Below are positions 47,701-56,935 of a stretch of DNA of 64,000 nucleotides, piece by piece. The stretch lies in IMG/VR virus record IMGVR_UViG_3300046467_002136, positions 1 to 64,000 of that record, one strand, 5' to 3'. A model generated the notes under the pieces. It made no database searches. It was not told where the DNA came from and saw only the letters and a program-made list of their open reading frames with translations. Position 1 is the stretch's first letter, and each line of letters starts with the position of its first letter. This DNA is from a virus. The position numbers were made by a program, and so were the translations under genes.

Positions 47701-48465
47701 CATGGATTTGGCCTGTTCCCGCCAATTGCCTTTGCCCGATTGTATGGATGCGATCAACTCACCTGCTGATGACATTCCTTTTTTCATATCCCCACCAGCG
47801 GAAGCAAAGTCCATCAACTGGCGAAGCATGCTTTGGGACCCTGTGCTGAAAGTCGATCTTTGGGACACTGCAGCATAAGCTGCTTCCAAATTTGCGGCTC
47901 CGGCAGAAGCCAAGGTCTGATCACGATGAAGGCCACGCATCACTACACGAACCTTGTTCAATCCAGTAACAAAACCGTCATATCCCGCCGTTGCGTTGCC
48001 CCTAAAGGCAAACATGGCGGCATTTTGTTCACGAAGAGCTGCTGCGGTACCAGCTAATGCCAGAGTTGCACCAGCGGCAGCGCCGCCCAGAACATTCAAT
48101 AAGCCTGTATACGTTTTAACAAGCCCTTGACCTATTTTAAATAGGCCATGAAGTGACACCATCGAAATAGCCATCAAAGCCATTTCTGCTCCAGCGGCTT
48201 TCATGGCGAGTTTCAGTCCACCAAGAGTGGCAGTACCAAACTTCTTGATTACAGTATCAAGATCGTCGAAATGCTTTTTCCATTTACCCGCCGACTTGCC
48301 CAAAGTATTTTCCATTTGGGAGCCATAGTTTTTGAAAACACGGGTAGATTTAGCACCCAATTTGTCAACAGTACGTTCCAGTGAACGTATTTTGCGCTCT
48401 AGTTTGTCGAGTTTACGGGTGCCGTCAACATCAACCTGAATTTTAAGTTCGGTTTCTGCGGCCAT
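44695..48465 (-). CDS. Tape measure protein with C-terminal M15-like peptidase motif
   Basis: 1256 aa, Ala/Gly-rich helical, downstream of the tail chaperones; SDHLYGGAFD...HLH. Confidence 0.85.
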   Translation of the reverse strand: MAAETELKIQVDVDGTRKLDKLERKIRSLERTVDKLGAKSTRVFKNYGSQMENTLGKSAGKWKKHFDDLDTVIKKFGTATLGGLKLAMKAAGAEMALMAISMVSLHGLFKIGQGLVKTYTGLLNVLGGAAAGATLALAGTAAALREQNAAMFAFRGNATAGYDGFVTGLNKVRVVMRGLHRDQTLASAGAANLEAAYAAVSQRSTFSTGSQSMLRQLMDFASAGGDMKKGMSSAGELIASIQSGKGNWREQAKSMGEPMKQAMKDLGITSREQLQAALSDGSLAAAGGVTGQWKAVSGTLIGQFKSAFTGIRADFADLGQAFLGPLKVRLEEVTRIFRDSMSRVWLPLMEFGNGPFLASITGFAEKATDMFVSLVRRGPEVEGMFGRIADRWKGFVDGWNNVLDRLRPLIDGARVLEGMFGNIFGAIGDYIRESFGTFNEMLQENESGVRAFGTRLGELFAAFGNFQNELKALFFEALPFINRILGGVKSIVDMLTNVIRGGRGMLGAVGDGAGAYGLLAAAMVILSKLKNWAGGFLFMKQTQTMNVTAGQVNVAGGGAGATGVTGQGQLNAGNRAALNAQGMKSMSFRQRVGSEQLAAGKTGTMWQRQVGSRLRAARQPSEAFRGKLAGSMGARVGLGMGLGMLSSRVGEESQGVMALGGAAAFMSPQIGAGIAGLGLAATSQNQTHSALGGAAGGAAIGLYAGPWGALGGAIIGGAYGWLTAGARKSAAARGLAQEAGRAISDAMIDAIASQLKVNVEGRGGSALTTRSVKQTMADSAAGGYRDDLFDAALSGDTGQQAAIINRLQNDPAFAHMIEPGLKEEDYGSLVAALAVQLSNDLGKIDTVIDRTAINLGVLGDAFNMGEESILAMAGATNTELYSATAGWGALAISLSGALINDTRELQAASADRRVAIQQGMRDAIERIDAPHTLDEASQNIRNILKKDGPISDDDQKTVLTEFGNVFQAMTTLTGSGTAGSRQMQSLFGPGGLVFGEGQMLGGLESKFRSIDGVQGALAGNDRSAALQKFDAAEIIFSSILGAGVSGSSLSGVYSQLGDMRGIEGSGLLERDFYRDTDTGAFLTAGVLKERLAEHGINFDLAQMTKEDLMAPQDKFEGAVASFIGGVTDLVTAIDVWRQTSDTSTPRRGVVAMRGRLQGGLGSSNSDHLYGGAFDQSGSNLGSVMTGIRNAGGYADMHGSGRTRHLHGVPSTAQSGGGESNNYTINVVGGDNASPAEIADEVMDRIARRSVDTYERA

Positions 48466-48505
48466 ATGTTTGCCACCCTTAACTCAACTGGGCCAAAAGG
48501 TAGCG

Positions 48506-48664
48506 CTAAGAGCCCTTTTGTAGCTCTCGGTCACGCTCCATTTTCTCACGATCGTTCTCTACAACTTTAGCACAGGCCATCAAAATCAGCCATTCCTCAT
48601 CACTACAATCTAGTAGTTCTAAAGGACTAGTGTGAAAGACTTCGGAGAGACGCGCAGCATTCAT
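48506..48664 (-). CDS. Tail assembly chaperone, downstream (gpT-like) frame
   Basis: MNAARLSEVFHTSPLELLDCSDEEWLILMACAKVVENDREK...; the frame is open upstream through the chaperone stop in the -1 frame. Confidence 0.65.
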   Translation of the reverse strand: MNAARLSEVFHTSPLELLDCSDEEWLILMACAKVVENDREKMERDRELQKGS

Positions 48665-48696
48665 TATCGCACTCTGCGCTACAAGCGCATCGAAGG

Positions 48697-49239
48697 CTAG
48701 TTCGTAGGGTCCACGGTTTCAATAGTGTCACCATAACCAGCGGCTTCAAGTACTGCCAACGCTGCTCCTTCCACATGTGGGTCCGTACCAAAGAAGTTTC
48801 TAACTGCATCTGGTACTGGCCTCGCAGCATTAGTCATTTCTAAAATCTCAGGAGCAGCAAAGTTGAGCGAGTTTCCAGCTTCATCGAACGCTTCAACTCC
48901 GTCTATGCCTATGCCGACGCATGTTTGGCCAATCACTTGGCAGGCAAACTTGATCGGATCAAGGCCATTCTTTGTTTCTTCGCCCGCATTCTTGCGCCAA
49001 GCCTTCATTTGGGCTTGCGTAATGTTTGGGCTGATTCTCAAATGAACGTCAGGACGGTCAGGAACCTCTAATAGAACAACATTACGTTCTACTTTGGCGG
49101 AGACAACAGCCTTCAAGCGGTCAAGAACTGTCTCTTCAACGGGCAAAACACCCGGAGAGTCATTCTTGGTTTTCTTGGCGGCGGGTTTCGAGTCTGAGGT
49201 CGTAGCCTCAGCTGCTTCGTCATACAATGAGTCACTCAT
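48697..49239 (-). CDS. Tail assembly chaperone (gpG-like)
   Basis: Between tube and tape measure genes; ends VDPTN. Confidence 0.7.
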   Translation of the reverse strand: MSDSLYDEAAEATTSDSKPAAKKTKNDSPGVLPVEETVLDRLKAVVSAKVERNVVLLEVPDRPDVHLRISPNITQAQMKAWRKNAGEETKNGLDPIKFACQVIGQTCVGIGIDGVEAFDEAGNSLNFAAPEILEMTNAARPVPDAVRNFFGTDPHVEGAALAVLEAAGYGDTIETVDPTN

Positions 49240-49287
49240 AAGGCGTACACTATCACGCTATTCTCTCCACATAGGGGAGGAGCTCAT

Positions 49288-49764
49288 TTAGTTGGCTGCT
49301 GTACCGCCACCGGTTATGCCTTGTACTGCGAAGGTCAGTGCGAATGTTGCTGGGGCACCTGAAGATGCGTCACCTTCAGCTTCCGTAAGTCCTACAAGCA
49401 ATGTGTTGCTGTATAACCTGTCAAGATTCTTGACGTTAATATCGCAATCGTAGGTTTGAACCGTAATGTCATAGTAGGCACTGCCTACGAGTGTCCTGAG
49501 TTGATTCAGTTTGAGAGCAATACCTGTTCCAGAATCCGATTCTGTTATGTCGTCATCGTAGTGGGCAGTCAGGGTGATGTCGCCAATCTCGTAAGGCGCA
49601 CAAAGAACCGAAGGGAACTTGTCACCACCTTCATAGATCCTCTCGACAGCAGCCGTGATTTCACCACCAGAGATCTGAGCGAACTTAAACCCTACCCACT
49701 TGGGGTGAGTTATGTTCTTCGGTTCAATCAGTCCGAGTACTTGTCGCTGTGAAATTTTGGCCAT
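49288..49764 (-). CDS. Tail tube protein
   Basis: 158 aa directly after the sheath; F...SGGE...YEGG...GDITLT. Confidence 0.75.
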   Translation of the reverse strand: MAKISQRQVLGLIEPKNITHPKWVGFKFAQISGGEITAAVERIYEGGDKFPSVLCAPYEIGDITLTAHYDDDITESDSGTGIALKLNQLRTLVGSAYYDITVQTYDCDINVKNLDRLYSNTLLVGLTEAEGDASSGAPATFALTFAVQGITGGGTAAN

Positions 49765-49777
49765 TAGTTAGCCCTCC

Positions 49778-51268
49778 CTATACCACTGAGTTTGTGAGGT
49801 TCGATTTGACAATATCAACTTCGATTTTGTCGCCCACGCTCGACACCCGAAGACCGACCTTGGCTTTAACAAGCCCATCGGCAAGCTGTGTAACCGGATT
49901 GACGGCTGCGTCACACTGAACCGTGTAACCCTTGTCAATTCGCTTACCTTTCGTGTCGAAAGCTTCATACAACGCTCCGCTTTGACGCAGAGGCTCCAAG
50001 ATTCCGATGAGCCTGCTCTCGACCGCTGTGAAGATGTCGTTCCGACCGTCGATTACCGCGAAGATCAAATCTTCTAGAGCCACATTTGCTTCTGTCACCA
50101 CACCGTTGACCGTGTCCTGGCCGGTGATGTAGCGGAAGTTCGTGGTGTCTCCCGACAGAGAGCGGGCTCCGTAAACTCGAAGCGAACCGTTGATCACTCT
50201 CAGTGCATTCACGAGAGCTACGTCTAGGGAGTCACCAGAGATCTGATCGACTTCCAGCTCTGGGGAAACGACCCAGCGGGCGTTCGAAATGATTCCTGCA
50301 CCTGCTTGCTGTGGGCCAACCTGATTGTGTGCCCGCGAGCGTGTCGCCGCCACATAGCCATCCGGTGGGATCAAGCGAGTCACACCTGCTGTTGAGGTGG
50401 GGACGTTGATCCAAGGGAAGTAGCCAGCGGCATGTTCCGTGTTGGTTTCACTCGCCGTAATCAGCTCAGACCATGTTTCAGCCTGAGCGACCGTCTGCGA
50501 AGCTGCCGGATGCAAGATGGCGATCCGGTTGTAGGTGTTGGCGTGAACGATGAGAGCCTGATAAGTCGCTGTTGCCGAAGACTCTGGGTTTGATACGCAA
50601 CCTGTGCCGTAAGCATGGTTGAACAGGGTCAACGCTGCAGCGTGGCTTGAAGTCGTGATGGCCGCACGGTCATCCGTAGAAGCTGTAGTGCCGCCAGAGG
50701 GCTGATCCGAATAGGTCAGTGCCGTAGATCCGTGATTGCCCGGAAGGTTGGTTCCCAAACTTGAAGCCGTCACATACTTCGATGCGACTGAGCTGCCGTT
50801 AATCTTGCCGATAACCTGATCCACTGTGGTGCAGTTGCCCGAATTAAACACCTGAACGTTGTAGTAGAGAAGCTTAACAATGACGCTATTAGCGACAGTT
50901 CCTGCTTCAACGGTGAAGGTCATGTTTGCGGACCAGTCGCCCGGCCCTACAGCGGTTAGCTGCATTGAGTCACCCGCAGAGCTATCGAGGAGCTTATATT
51001 TGCCCTCAGTGGCTGATGCACCGACAACGCGAACGACATAACACTGAGTGCCGCCCTCTTCAAAGAAGGTTTCTACAGTCGGATGCAAATACGCGTAAGA
51101 CTGGTATCCACCATACTGTGATTCGAAGTCAGCAATGCTGGTGACCAGTGTGGCCTTTTCTTCAGGCCCTCTCAGAGCCAGACCGACAAAAAATGCTTGC
51201 GACGAATCGCGAATCGTGTCAGCTGATGGACCCGTTCTAACTGCTGTGGTAATAACTACGCCAGGCAT
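49778..51268 (-). CDS. Tail sheath protein
   Basis: MPGV..., FVG...GP, FF.EGG...YVVRV, YFPW, PP.G.VA, VYGARSL, RYI. Confidence 0.9.
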   Translation of the reverse strand: MPGVVITTAVRTGPSADTIRDSSQAFFVGLALRGPEEKATLVTSIADFESQYGGYQSYAYLHPTVETFFEEGGTQCYVVRVVGASATEGKYKLLDSSAGDSMQLTAVGPGDWSANMTFTVEAGTVANSVIVKLLYYNVQVFNSGNCTTVDQVIGKINGSSVASKYVTASSLGTNLPGNHGSTALTYSDQPSGGTTASTDDRAAITTSSHAAALTLFNHAYGTGCVSNPESSATATYQALIVHANTYNRIAILHPAASQTVAQAETWSELITASETNTEHAAGYFPWINVPTSTAGVTRLIPPDGYVAATRSRAHNQVGPQQAGAGIISNARWVVSPELEVDQISGDSLDVALVNALRVINGSLRVYGARSLSGDTTNFRYITGQDTVNGVVTEANVALEDLIFAVIDGRNDIFTAVESRLIGILEPLRQSGALYEAFDTKGKRIDKGYTVQCDAAVNPVTQLADGLVKAKVGLRVSSVGDKIEVDIVKSNLTNSVV

Positions 51269-51411
51269 AAGACCTTCCCGTTCCTAATTGGAGCTTCCGG
51301 GTACCGGAGCCACCTTGTTAATTCTACAAAACGCTTCCGCGTATTTGTGTAACTGTTGACTATAGATTATCAGACCAGAAGCTTTCTCTAGTGAGACTTT
51401 ACAGTATGTAC

Positions 51412-51774
51412 TCACTTTGCTTCTCGTTCCCATTCAGTGCCGTCCTGTACAAGACCGTCACCATCACCATCTCTGGCATCAGGGTTGTATCCAGTAGCTT
51501 TAGTTGACGCGGCAGGTGGTGCCTTTTTCTTGGGGGAAGATTTTTTCGGAGAGCCGCCACTAATGAGGTTTAAAAGCCCGGCCTCTACTAATTTCTCTAA
51601 AATAGGGTTGCTTTCTGACACGCACCCGAAATGACCGATGGGAACCGTGTGTCCTAGCTCGTCTATTTCGCGAATAGCGAGACCCATGTTGTAGACGACA
51701 ACGTCGCCAGCCTTAACGTGGGCATCCGCTTTGTCGCGGTGCATGCTGTCAAACACATTAAATGAAATAGCCAT
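51412..51774 (-). CDS. Hypothetical protein with C-terminal DxDGDG motif
   Basis: DARDGDGDGLVQDGTEWER after a Lys/Pro linker. Confidence 0.6.
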   Translation of the reverse strand: MAISFNVFDSMHRDKADAHVKAGDVVVYNMGLAIREIDELGHTVPIGHFGCVSESNPILEKLVEAGLLNLISGGSPKKSSPKKKAPPAASTKATGYNPDARDGDGDGLVQDGTEWEREAK

Positions 51775-51788
51775 ACCTTGATTGTACC

Positions 51789-52049
51789 TTATCCTTTGTG
51801 AAGCATATGTCCAATAGCGTCAAACTGGGCAATAACCTCTAAATGATCTGCAGCGAGTGCTCCAGAAATTAATTCTGTGTTGAGACACATCATATTACCT
51901 AATGGTTCTATTCTGTGACCACAACAACTACAAGTCTCAATTGTGTGTTGTGCTTTACTATGAACAACAATGCAGTTGGATCTTTCATAATCCATAGATA
52001 TGGCATCAGCTGCACCACGCGGAACGGTTTGGCATAAACAGCAACTCAT
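51789..52049 (-). CDS. Small Cys-rich hypothetical protein
   Basis: ATGA-coupled to the upstream gene; CCLC and CSCC. Confidence 0.5.
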   Translation of the reverse strand: MSCCLCQTVPRGAADAISMDYERSNCIVVHSKAQHTIETCSCCGHRIEPLGNMMCLNTELISGALAADHLEVIAQFDAIGHMLHKG

Positions 52050-52705
52050 TCAGACGAACCTCCGGTAGTTGTGTATCCAAGGTTTGTTGGCAAATCAAGA
52101 GAGGTATCGCCGACACCTACATTCTTGACACCGATCTGGATGCCCTCTTCTTTGACCGTGCCGAGCTTGGTTCTGGAAACAACTTCATTGATGCCCATGG
52201 TGTAGCCGATATACGAACCAGCCATGACTCGATCACCTTTTACTAGTGTCAGGTCAGAAAACTCTTCACGCATCGTCGATTCGTCGATTTCTACTTTCCA
52301 TGTGTCTCGCGCGTCTGTTGCTTTAAGACAGGGTCGATCAAGAAGGGCAGCTCTAGTCACGGTTGTTAACCGATCGCGCATATAGGTCACAGCCTCAGAA
52401 CCATTTGCTTTGGCCCAAATATAAGTACGCATTGTGTAATTAACTCGATACTCGGGTTCTGATGGTGTATCTGATGACCAGCCAAGTCTTTCCATATTTG
52501 CAGTCGATATGGCGACGGTAATAATCATTGGCCAAGCATCGATAGCAACTGGTTCAAAAGTCAGAAATTTCAAAGGGTCAGGCAAAGTGGCACTGTCGAC
52601 ACCCCAACCGTTTCTGTATTCGACAAGACGAACAGGAAGATCCGTTTTTAAGAAATCGTTTACATAGCTCTTGGCGAACTGTGCACCATGCATAAGGTCT
52701 GCCAT
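52046..52705 (-). CDS. Putative tail terminator / neck protein
   Basis: Position between the morphogenesis gene and the sheath; size and P.I.....Y....YIW pattern. Confidence 0.55.
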   Translation of the reverse strand: MADLMHGAQFAKSYVNDFLKTDLPVRLVEYRNGWGVDSATLPDPLKFLTFEPVAIDAWPMIITVAISTANMERLGWSSDTPSEPEYRVNYTMRTYIWAKANGSEAVTYMRDRLTTVTRAALLDRPCLKATDARDTWKVEIDESTMREEFSDLTLVKGDRVMAGSYIGYTMGINEVVSRTKLGTVKEEGIQIGVKNVGVGDTSLDLPTNLGYTTTGGSSE

Positions 52706-53220
52706 TAGAGACTACCTTCTAATGCTTCGCGGCCTTCCGACATGTAGTCAACGGCCCATTTGCCCCAGCGGATATGAGCCTCATACGGTTCAAAAATAAT
52801 TTGCCGCTTCGGCATCTTGCTCGTTCCCATTTGATGAAATTTTGCCCATTCGATATCTGTTCCAAAAACTGCTCGTTTGGCATGAATCTCGTTTGGATTT
52901 CCCCTCAAGCTCGACAAACTATTAAATAACCGACCCGTCTGTATGAGTGTCGTAGCTCCAGGAAAGCGAGCTGCTTTCCACGAGCCATACTGGGCGTCCA
53001 AAGGTGCCCAACCCCCTACGGGTAGTCCATTTGACGTGAAGTTTTTTGCCCAGTGCTGTTCTAGATCATCACGAATGCGTTCGAAAACTGGACCAAAGTC
53101 TCTGGCACGTCGTTGTACACCATTGATTTCTCGTTTGAGAGGTTGGGTATTGAACTTGGTGTCAAACTCAATTTGAACACCTTTTGCCCGCCGCGCTCTT
53201 TGGAGTGTTCGAAATGCCAT
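52705..53220 (-). CDS. Phage virion morphogenesis protein (Mu gpG / P2 S-like)
   Basis: W.PL, L..TGRL..SL, GT...A..HQ.GT.KMP.R; start placed at MAFRT. Confidence 0.75.
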   Translation of the reverse strand: MAFRTLQRARRAKGVQIEFDTKFNTQPLKREINGVQRRARDFGPVFERIRDDLEQHWAKNFTSNGLPVGGWAPLDAQYGSWKAARFPGATTLIQTGRLFNSLSSLRGNPNEIHAKRAVFGTDIEWAKFHQMGTSKMPKRQIIFEPYEAHIRWGKWAVDYMSEGREALEGSL

Positions 53221-53221
53221 G

Positions 53222-53857
53222 TTAAGCCACCCGAATTCGGCGATGTCGTTTGACCGCCAATAACTCCCTATCTGTAAACCCTGTTTCCATAGGGCCGATA
53301 TTTCGAGGTTCGAGATCTTTGATGCCGACAACATCGTCGTGCATGTTCTGCATCTCTCTCGAAGCTGCCCTAAGAATCATCAACCTGAAAGTAGGAATAC
53401 TGGCACCGGCAAGACCGGCATTATAGGTAACTGTCAACTTGTCGTTTGCGCCGCCACGATAAACATCTACGCCGTACCGACGTGCAACATATTCAGTTCC
53501 GGCAGTCAAAGTCTCGGCGGCACTTCCGGGAGTTACAGGAGTAAGAACGATACTCGCAATCGAGTTAACAGGGCTCTCTCGTAAATATAGTGTTGCTGGA
53601 GGATCTGTATACGAAAGAATGCCGCTTGTGTTCGAGTCGAGTTTGTTATCGTAGAAGAATGAAGTTTCAGGCATGCCCAAATGATTCGAATCGAGAATGT
53701 AATCCTCGGTAAAATTGGCTGCTTCAATCTTGCGCCCTAAAAAAGTTTCTAGTTCTGATTGAAGACCGCTGAGAATAATGTCAGCAGCGTCTTGTTGACG
53801 TAAACTGAACTCAATATCCATGTAGGTTTTAAGATTGGCACGAGTTACTAGAGCCAT
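53222..53857 (-). CDS. Head-tail connector (gp6-like)
   Basis: LVT...LK.Y; E.FLGR; P..SI.S; V.Y.AG; L....RR. Confidence 0.7.
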   Translation of the reverse strand: MALVTRANLKTYMDIEFSLRQQDAADIILSGLQSELETFLGRKIEAANFTEDYILDSNHLGMPETSFFYDNKLDSNTSGILSYTDPPATLYLRESPVNSIASIVLTPVTPGSAAETLTAGTEYVARRYGVDVYRGGANDKLTVTYNAGLAGASIPTFRLMILRAASREMQNMHDDVVGIKDLEPRNIGPMETGFTDRELLAVKRHRRIRVA

Positions 53858-53869
53858 GGTGGCAGGCTC

Positions 53870-54049
53870 CTATCTAATTACACGCGGACGGCGCCTACGG
53901 CCTCTGCGGATAATGTCACGCACGCGCTCATTGGCTATACGTCCACGACCACGGCGAGCTTCACGGCCACGCAAAAGAGAGCGAATGCTGCGGCGAATTC
54001 GCCCAGCTCGCCGAAAGTCAAATTCGCGTTCTTTACCGGGTGAGGGCAT
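53870..54049 (-). CDS. Small arginine-rich basic protein
   Basis: 59 aa with 23 Arg; AGGTG RBS upstream of ATG 54049. Confidence 0.55.
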   Translation of the reverse strand: MPSPGKEREFDFRRAGRIRRSIRSLLRGREARRGRGRIANERVRDIIRRGRRRRPRVIR

Positions 54050-54124
54050 ATAACGGCACCTTCCTAGATGGAATCTAGTTCTAGTGTAGCGCACTAGGCC
54101 CTTACACTATATACCCGTTAATTG

Positions 54125-54691
54125 TTACCTATCGGCGTTAGGAGGTTTTTCTGTTGCGACTTCTTTTTTGTCGACAGTTCCGGGCGGAGCTTCCACTGGA
54201 ACCCATGCCATCGAATAACGATGATTCGGAACTTTTCGGTGCTTAATGATCGAGCCATCCAGCATCAATTCTAATTCATCGCCCTTCATACAAAAACGAG
54301 CCACGAAATCTTCTACCGAAAACGCCTTAGATCTTTTCAGTTGTTTTACAATTCGAGATAGTTTATGAGCAACCATGTTCCCACGACCACGATTCAATTG
54401 AATGTGTAAGGCCATAGCCTCAGTTTCGCCACAATCAATCACATGAACAGGTACGCCATCAGCAAACCGTTCTGACAGGTGTTTATTACCCCTGATTGCT
54501 CGCAGCCGCTGAGAGCCGTCAATTACGTTCATGCCGTCCTTCTGAACAACAAGTGGGGAAAGCACCCCATAATCCATTAGGGCCGCTGTCAGGACCAACA
54601 AATCCGGTCTAAGGATATATGTGGCATTCCACTCTGGAATATTGAGCTCCTCGTAATCCCGAACCCACATCGTGTATTGCTCTGCACTCAT
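54125..54691 (-). CDS. ParB/Srx-like protein (IbrB-like)
   Basis: WN, YG...P.VV, IDG..R, N..RG. Confidence 0.75.
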   Translation of the reverse strand: MSAEQYTMWVRDYEELNIPEWNATYILRPDLLVLTAALMDYGVLSPLVVQKDGMNVIDGSQRLRAIRGNKHLSERFADGVPVHVIDCGETEAMALHIQLNRGRGNMVAHKLSRIVKQLKRSKAFSVEDFVARFCMKGDELELMLDGSIIKHRKVPNHRYSMAWVPVEAPPGTVDKKEVATEKPPNADR

Positions 54692-55815
54692 GAGGCTTCC
54701 TCCGCTGCTTTCTGCCTCACTGTGTAGGCTCTGGTTTTTGGCCCCACGGGGGAGGCCGAAGTCGTGGTGAGTTCATTAAGTAGGAGATTCCTGATCAACC
54801 AATTTATTGGATACGAATGCGGATCTAAAGCATGCTTCTTCCTAAATTCAGCTGCATATGCCTTAGCCCTTCGAGCTTTTGAATCACCGATCATATAATC
54901 ATCAATTACGTCGGTTACCCCGTCCCAACCTTCCTCAGCATAATTGTTGATCAGTTGTTCGATGTCGAAGTCCTTCCACCAGCGGCGCTGGGCGTCGATC
55001 TGGGGGAAACATTCATACAACCGATCATAAAATTCTGGTTCGGTGGCGACCACGTCACCAATGCGTCGAATCGCAACAGAGTGAAGTGGTATCCCGACCC
55101 GAGTATTTGAACCGGTTAATGCTGCCCTGTCGTAATACTCGCAATAGGGGGCATTGTGTTCTTCAGTAATGAATTTGAATACATCGTTGACATTCCAGTC
55201 GTAGATGACTTTCGCAAACTTCAGAGGTGTTCCACGTTTTATACCGAAGGGTGTGACGATGTAGTTCTCGTGCAACTTTTGGACCAAGGATCGATAACGA
55301 ATCATCGACTCAGCAGCCCGGACACCAGTAATGAAAGCAACGCTTCCTTGCTTCCCTTGCATCGTGTAAAAATCAACAGCTTCAGGTAGGGGTTGACCCC
55401 CTTCTAGCCCAAACGATTTTGCGCTAATCGCATCTTCCGGCATTTCGCGCACCCATCGTCCTGCCTGTTCCCGATATTCCCCCCATAACACCACAGGTTG
55501 TCGTCTGCCTAGAACCCAGACTTCTCCGCCGTAGGGAAGGCAATACCATTCCATGTCGATCCAATCGAAATTTCTGACCATTTCGACATATTCAAGAACG
55601 AGGGGACTTACCATCTCTTCATCCCTGAATATAACTTTGACTGGACCTAGGCCACGTTCTTCGTGTACCTCTTTAGCCAGATAGAGAACAGCGGTGCTGT
55701 CCTTGCCTCCAGAAAATTGAATACAGACGGTATCGAAAGTATCGTAGACATGACGTATCCGCTGACGAGCGGCTTCAAGACATGTGATGTCTAAAAACAT
55801 CCGCTGACGAGTCAT
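54688..55815 (-). CDS. PAPS-reductase-family PP-loop protein (IbrA-like)
   Basis: AARQRI, FSGGKDS, F.DEE, W.CLP, GVRAAES..R, IYDW...DV. Confidence 0.8.
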   Translation of the reverse strand: MTRQRMFLDITCLEAARQRIRHVYDTFDTVCIQFSGGKDSTAVLYLAKEVHEERGLGPVKVIFRDEEMVSPLVLEYVEMVRNFDWIDMEWYCLPYGGEVWVLGRRQPVVLWGEYREQAGRWVREMPEDAISAKSFGLEGGQPLPEAVDFYTMQGKQGSVAFITGVRAAESMIRYRSLVQKLHENYIVTPFGIKRGTPLKFAKVIYDWNVNDVFKFITEEHNAPYCEYYDRAALTGSNTRVGIPLHSVAIRRIGDVVATEPEFYDRLYECFPQIDAQRRWWKDFDIEQLINNYAEEGWDGVTDVIDDYMIGDSKARRAKAYAAEFRKKHALDPHSYPINWLIRNLLLNELTTTSASPVGPKTRAYTVRQKAAEEAS

Positions 55816-56600
55816 AGTTCTGAATGCGCCTCGACAAATGACATCAACTTCTCCGCAGTTGTGTCGCCCTCATAAGCCGGTTGCCCACGAAGCCATCGCA
55901 CGAAGGTGTACCAATCTTTCTGCTGGGCGGGATCATCGAAAACCAAGGTGTACTGAACAACTGCTTTGCTTAACCCGCCCTGAGGCGTAACCGTGCTGCC
56001 CTGAATGGCAATATCGTTATGGTCAACGCTGTCGTCGGCGACAATCCTTCGTTCCCCATCCTCGCCATCCTGCACTAAAGCATCTAACGCATTGTCCATC
56101 CTGTCGATCAGAGATGGACGAGTAAATGTTGTGGTGCCGCCCTCTCTGTCAGCGGCAATTTCTGCCTGCTCTTCATAGAGGGAAATCTCGAAGTCGTCCC
56201 ATGCCAAGTCACTCATGAGGTCGCCATACTCGTCAACAACGCTCAGAATCATGTCAACGGCCTTGGTATTGTCCGTATGACCCAACTCCATTGTCCGGTT
56301 GTCGGCGAGTGCAAAAGCAACAGCCCGTTTGTCATCTCCGTCAAAAGGCACAGCAGCAATATGAGTCCAACCAAGTTTCTTAGCTGCTTCGACCTGATGG
56401 TTGCCAGCGATCACCGTGGCCTTATCGTTTTCGTTCAAACGAATCACGATGGGCTTCACTTGACCAAACTCATCGTATGACGCAGCAATCGCTTCAACAT
56501 TTCCAACTCTTGGATTGTTGACAAGGGGCTGCAGGTCACTCAACGGAATAAGTAGCTCGGTGAGGGACTCGTGGACTTTATGGTTGTTCTCCATGGTCAT
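55812..56600 (-). CDS. ParB N-terminal domain protein
   Basis: NPR.GNV..I..S...FGQ.KPIV, IAGNH...AA..LGW, ADNR. Confidence 0.8.
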   Translation of the reverse strand: MTMENNHKVHESLTELLIPLSDLQPLVNNPRVGNVEAIAASYDEFGQVKPIVIRLNENDKATVIAGNHQVEAAKKLGWTHIAAVPFDGDDKRAVAFALADNRTMELGHTDNTKAVDMILSVVDEYGDLMSDLAWDDFEISLYEEQAEIAADREGGTTTFTRPSLIDRMDNALDALVQDGEDGERRIVADDSVDHNDIAIQGSTVTPQGGLSKAVVQYTLVFDDPAQQKDWYTFVRWLRGQPAYEGDTTAEKLMSFVEAHSEL

Positions 56601-56935
56601 ACCTGTACCCGCACGTTGGCATTGAGGGTTCGCATCGCATCGATGGATGATCTTAAGGAGAGTAGCTTTTCCCGCTTCGATTTTAGTAGGGCTTCCGATA
56701 TTTTGTACTCAAAGTGTTCGTCAGCCATTTTGTAGTCGGCCCAGGATTCCCGCTCCTTGATCGACCCCTTGGCAGACAGATACTCCTTAGCCCACGCCGA
56801 CTTGTATCTTGCTTCTTTCTTAGCGTTGTCTTCAGCGAGGCTTTCGAAAGCTTCTGTTTCGTTTTCTAACTCGTCAAGGAAATGAAGCAGTCGTTGTTCG
56901 ATCTCAACTTGGCTGATAGGGCCTCTAAAGTTCAT
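56597..56935 (-). CDS. Hypothetical coiled-coil protein
   Basis: 112-aa helical ORF coupled to both neighbours. Confidence 0.65.
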   Translation of the reverse strand: MNFRGPISQVEIEQRLLHFLDELENETEAFESLAEDNAKKEARYKSAWAKEYLSAKGSIKERESWADYKMADEHFEYKISEALLKSKREKLLSLRSSIDAMRTLNANVRVQV

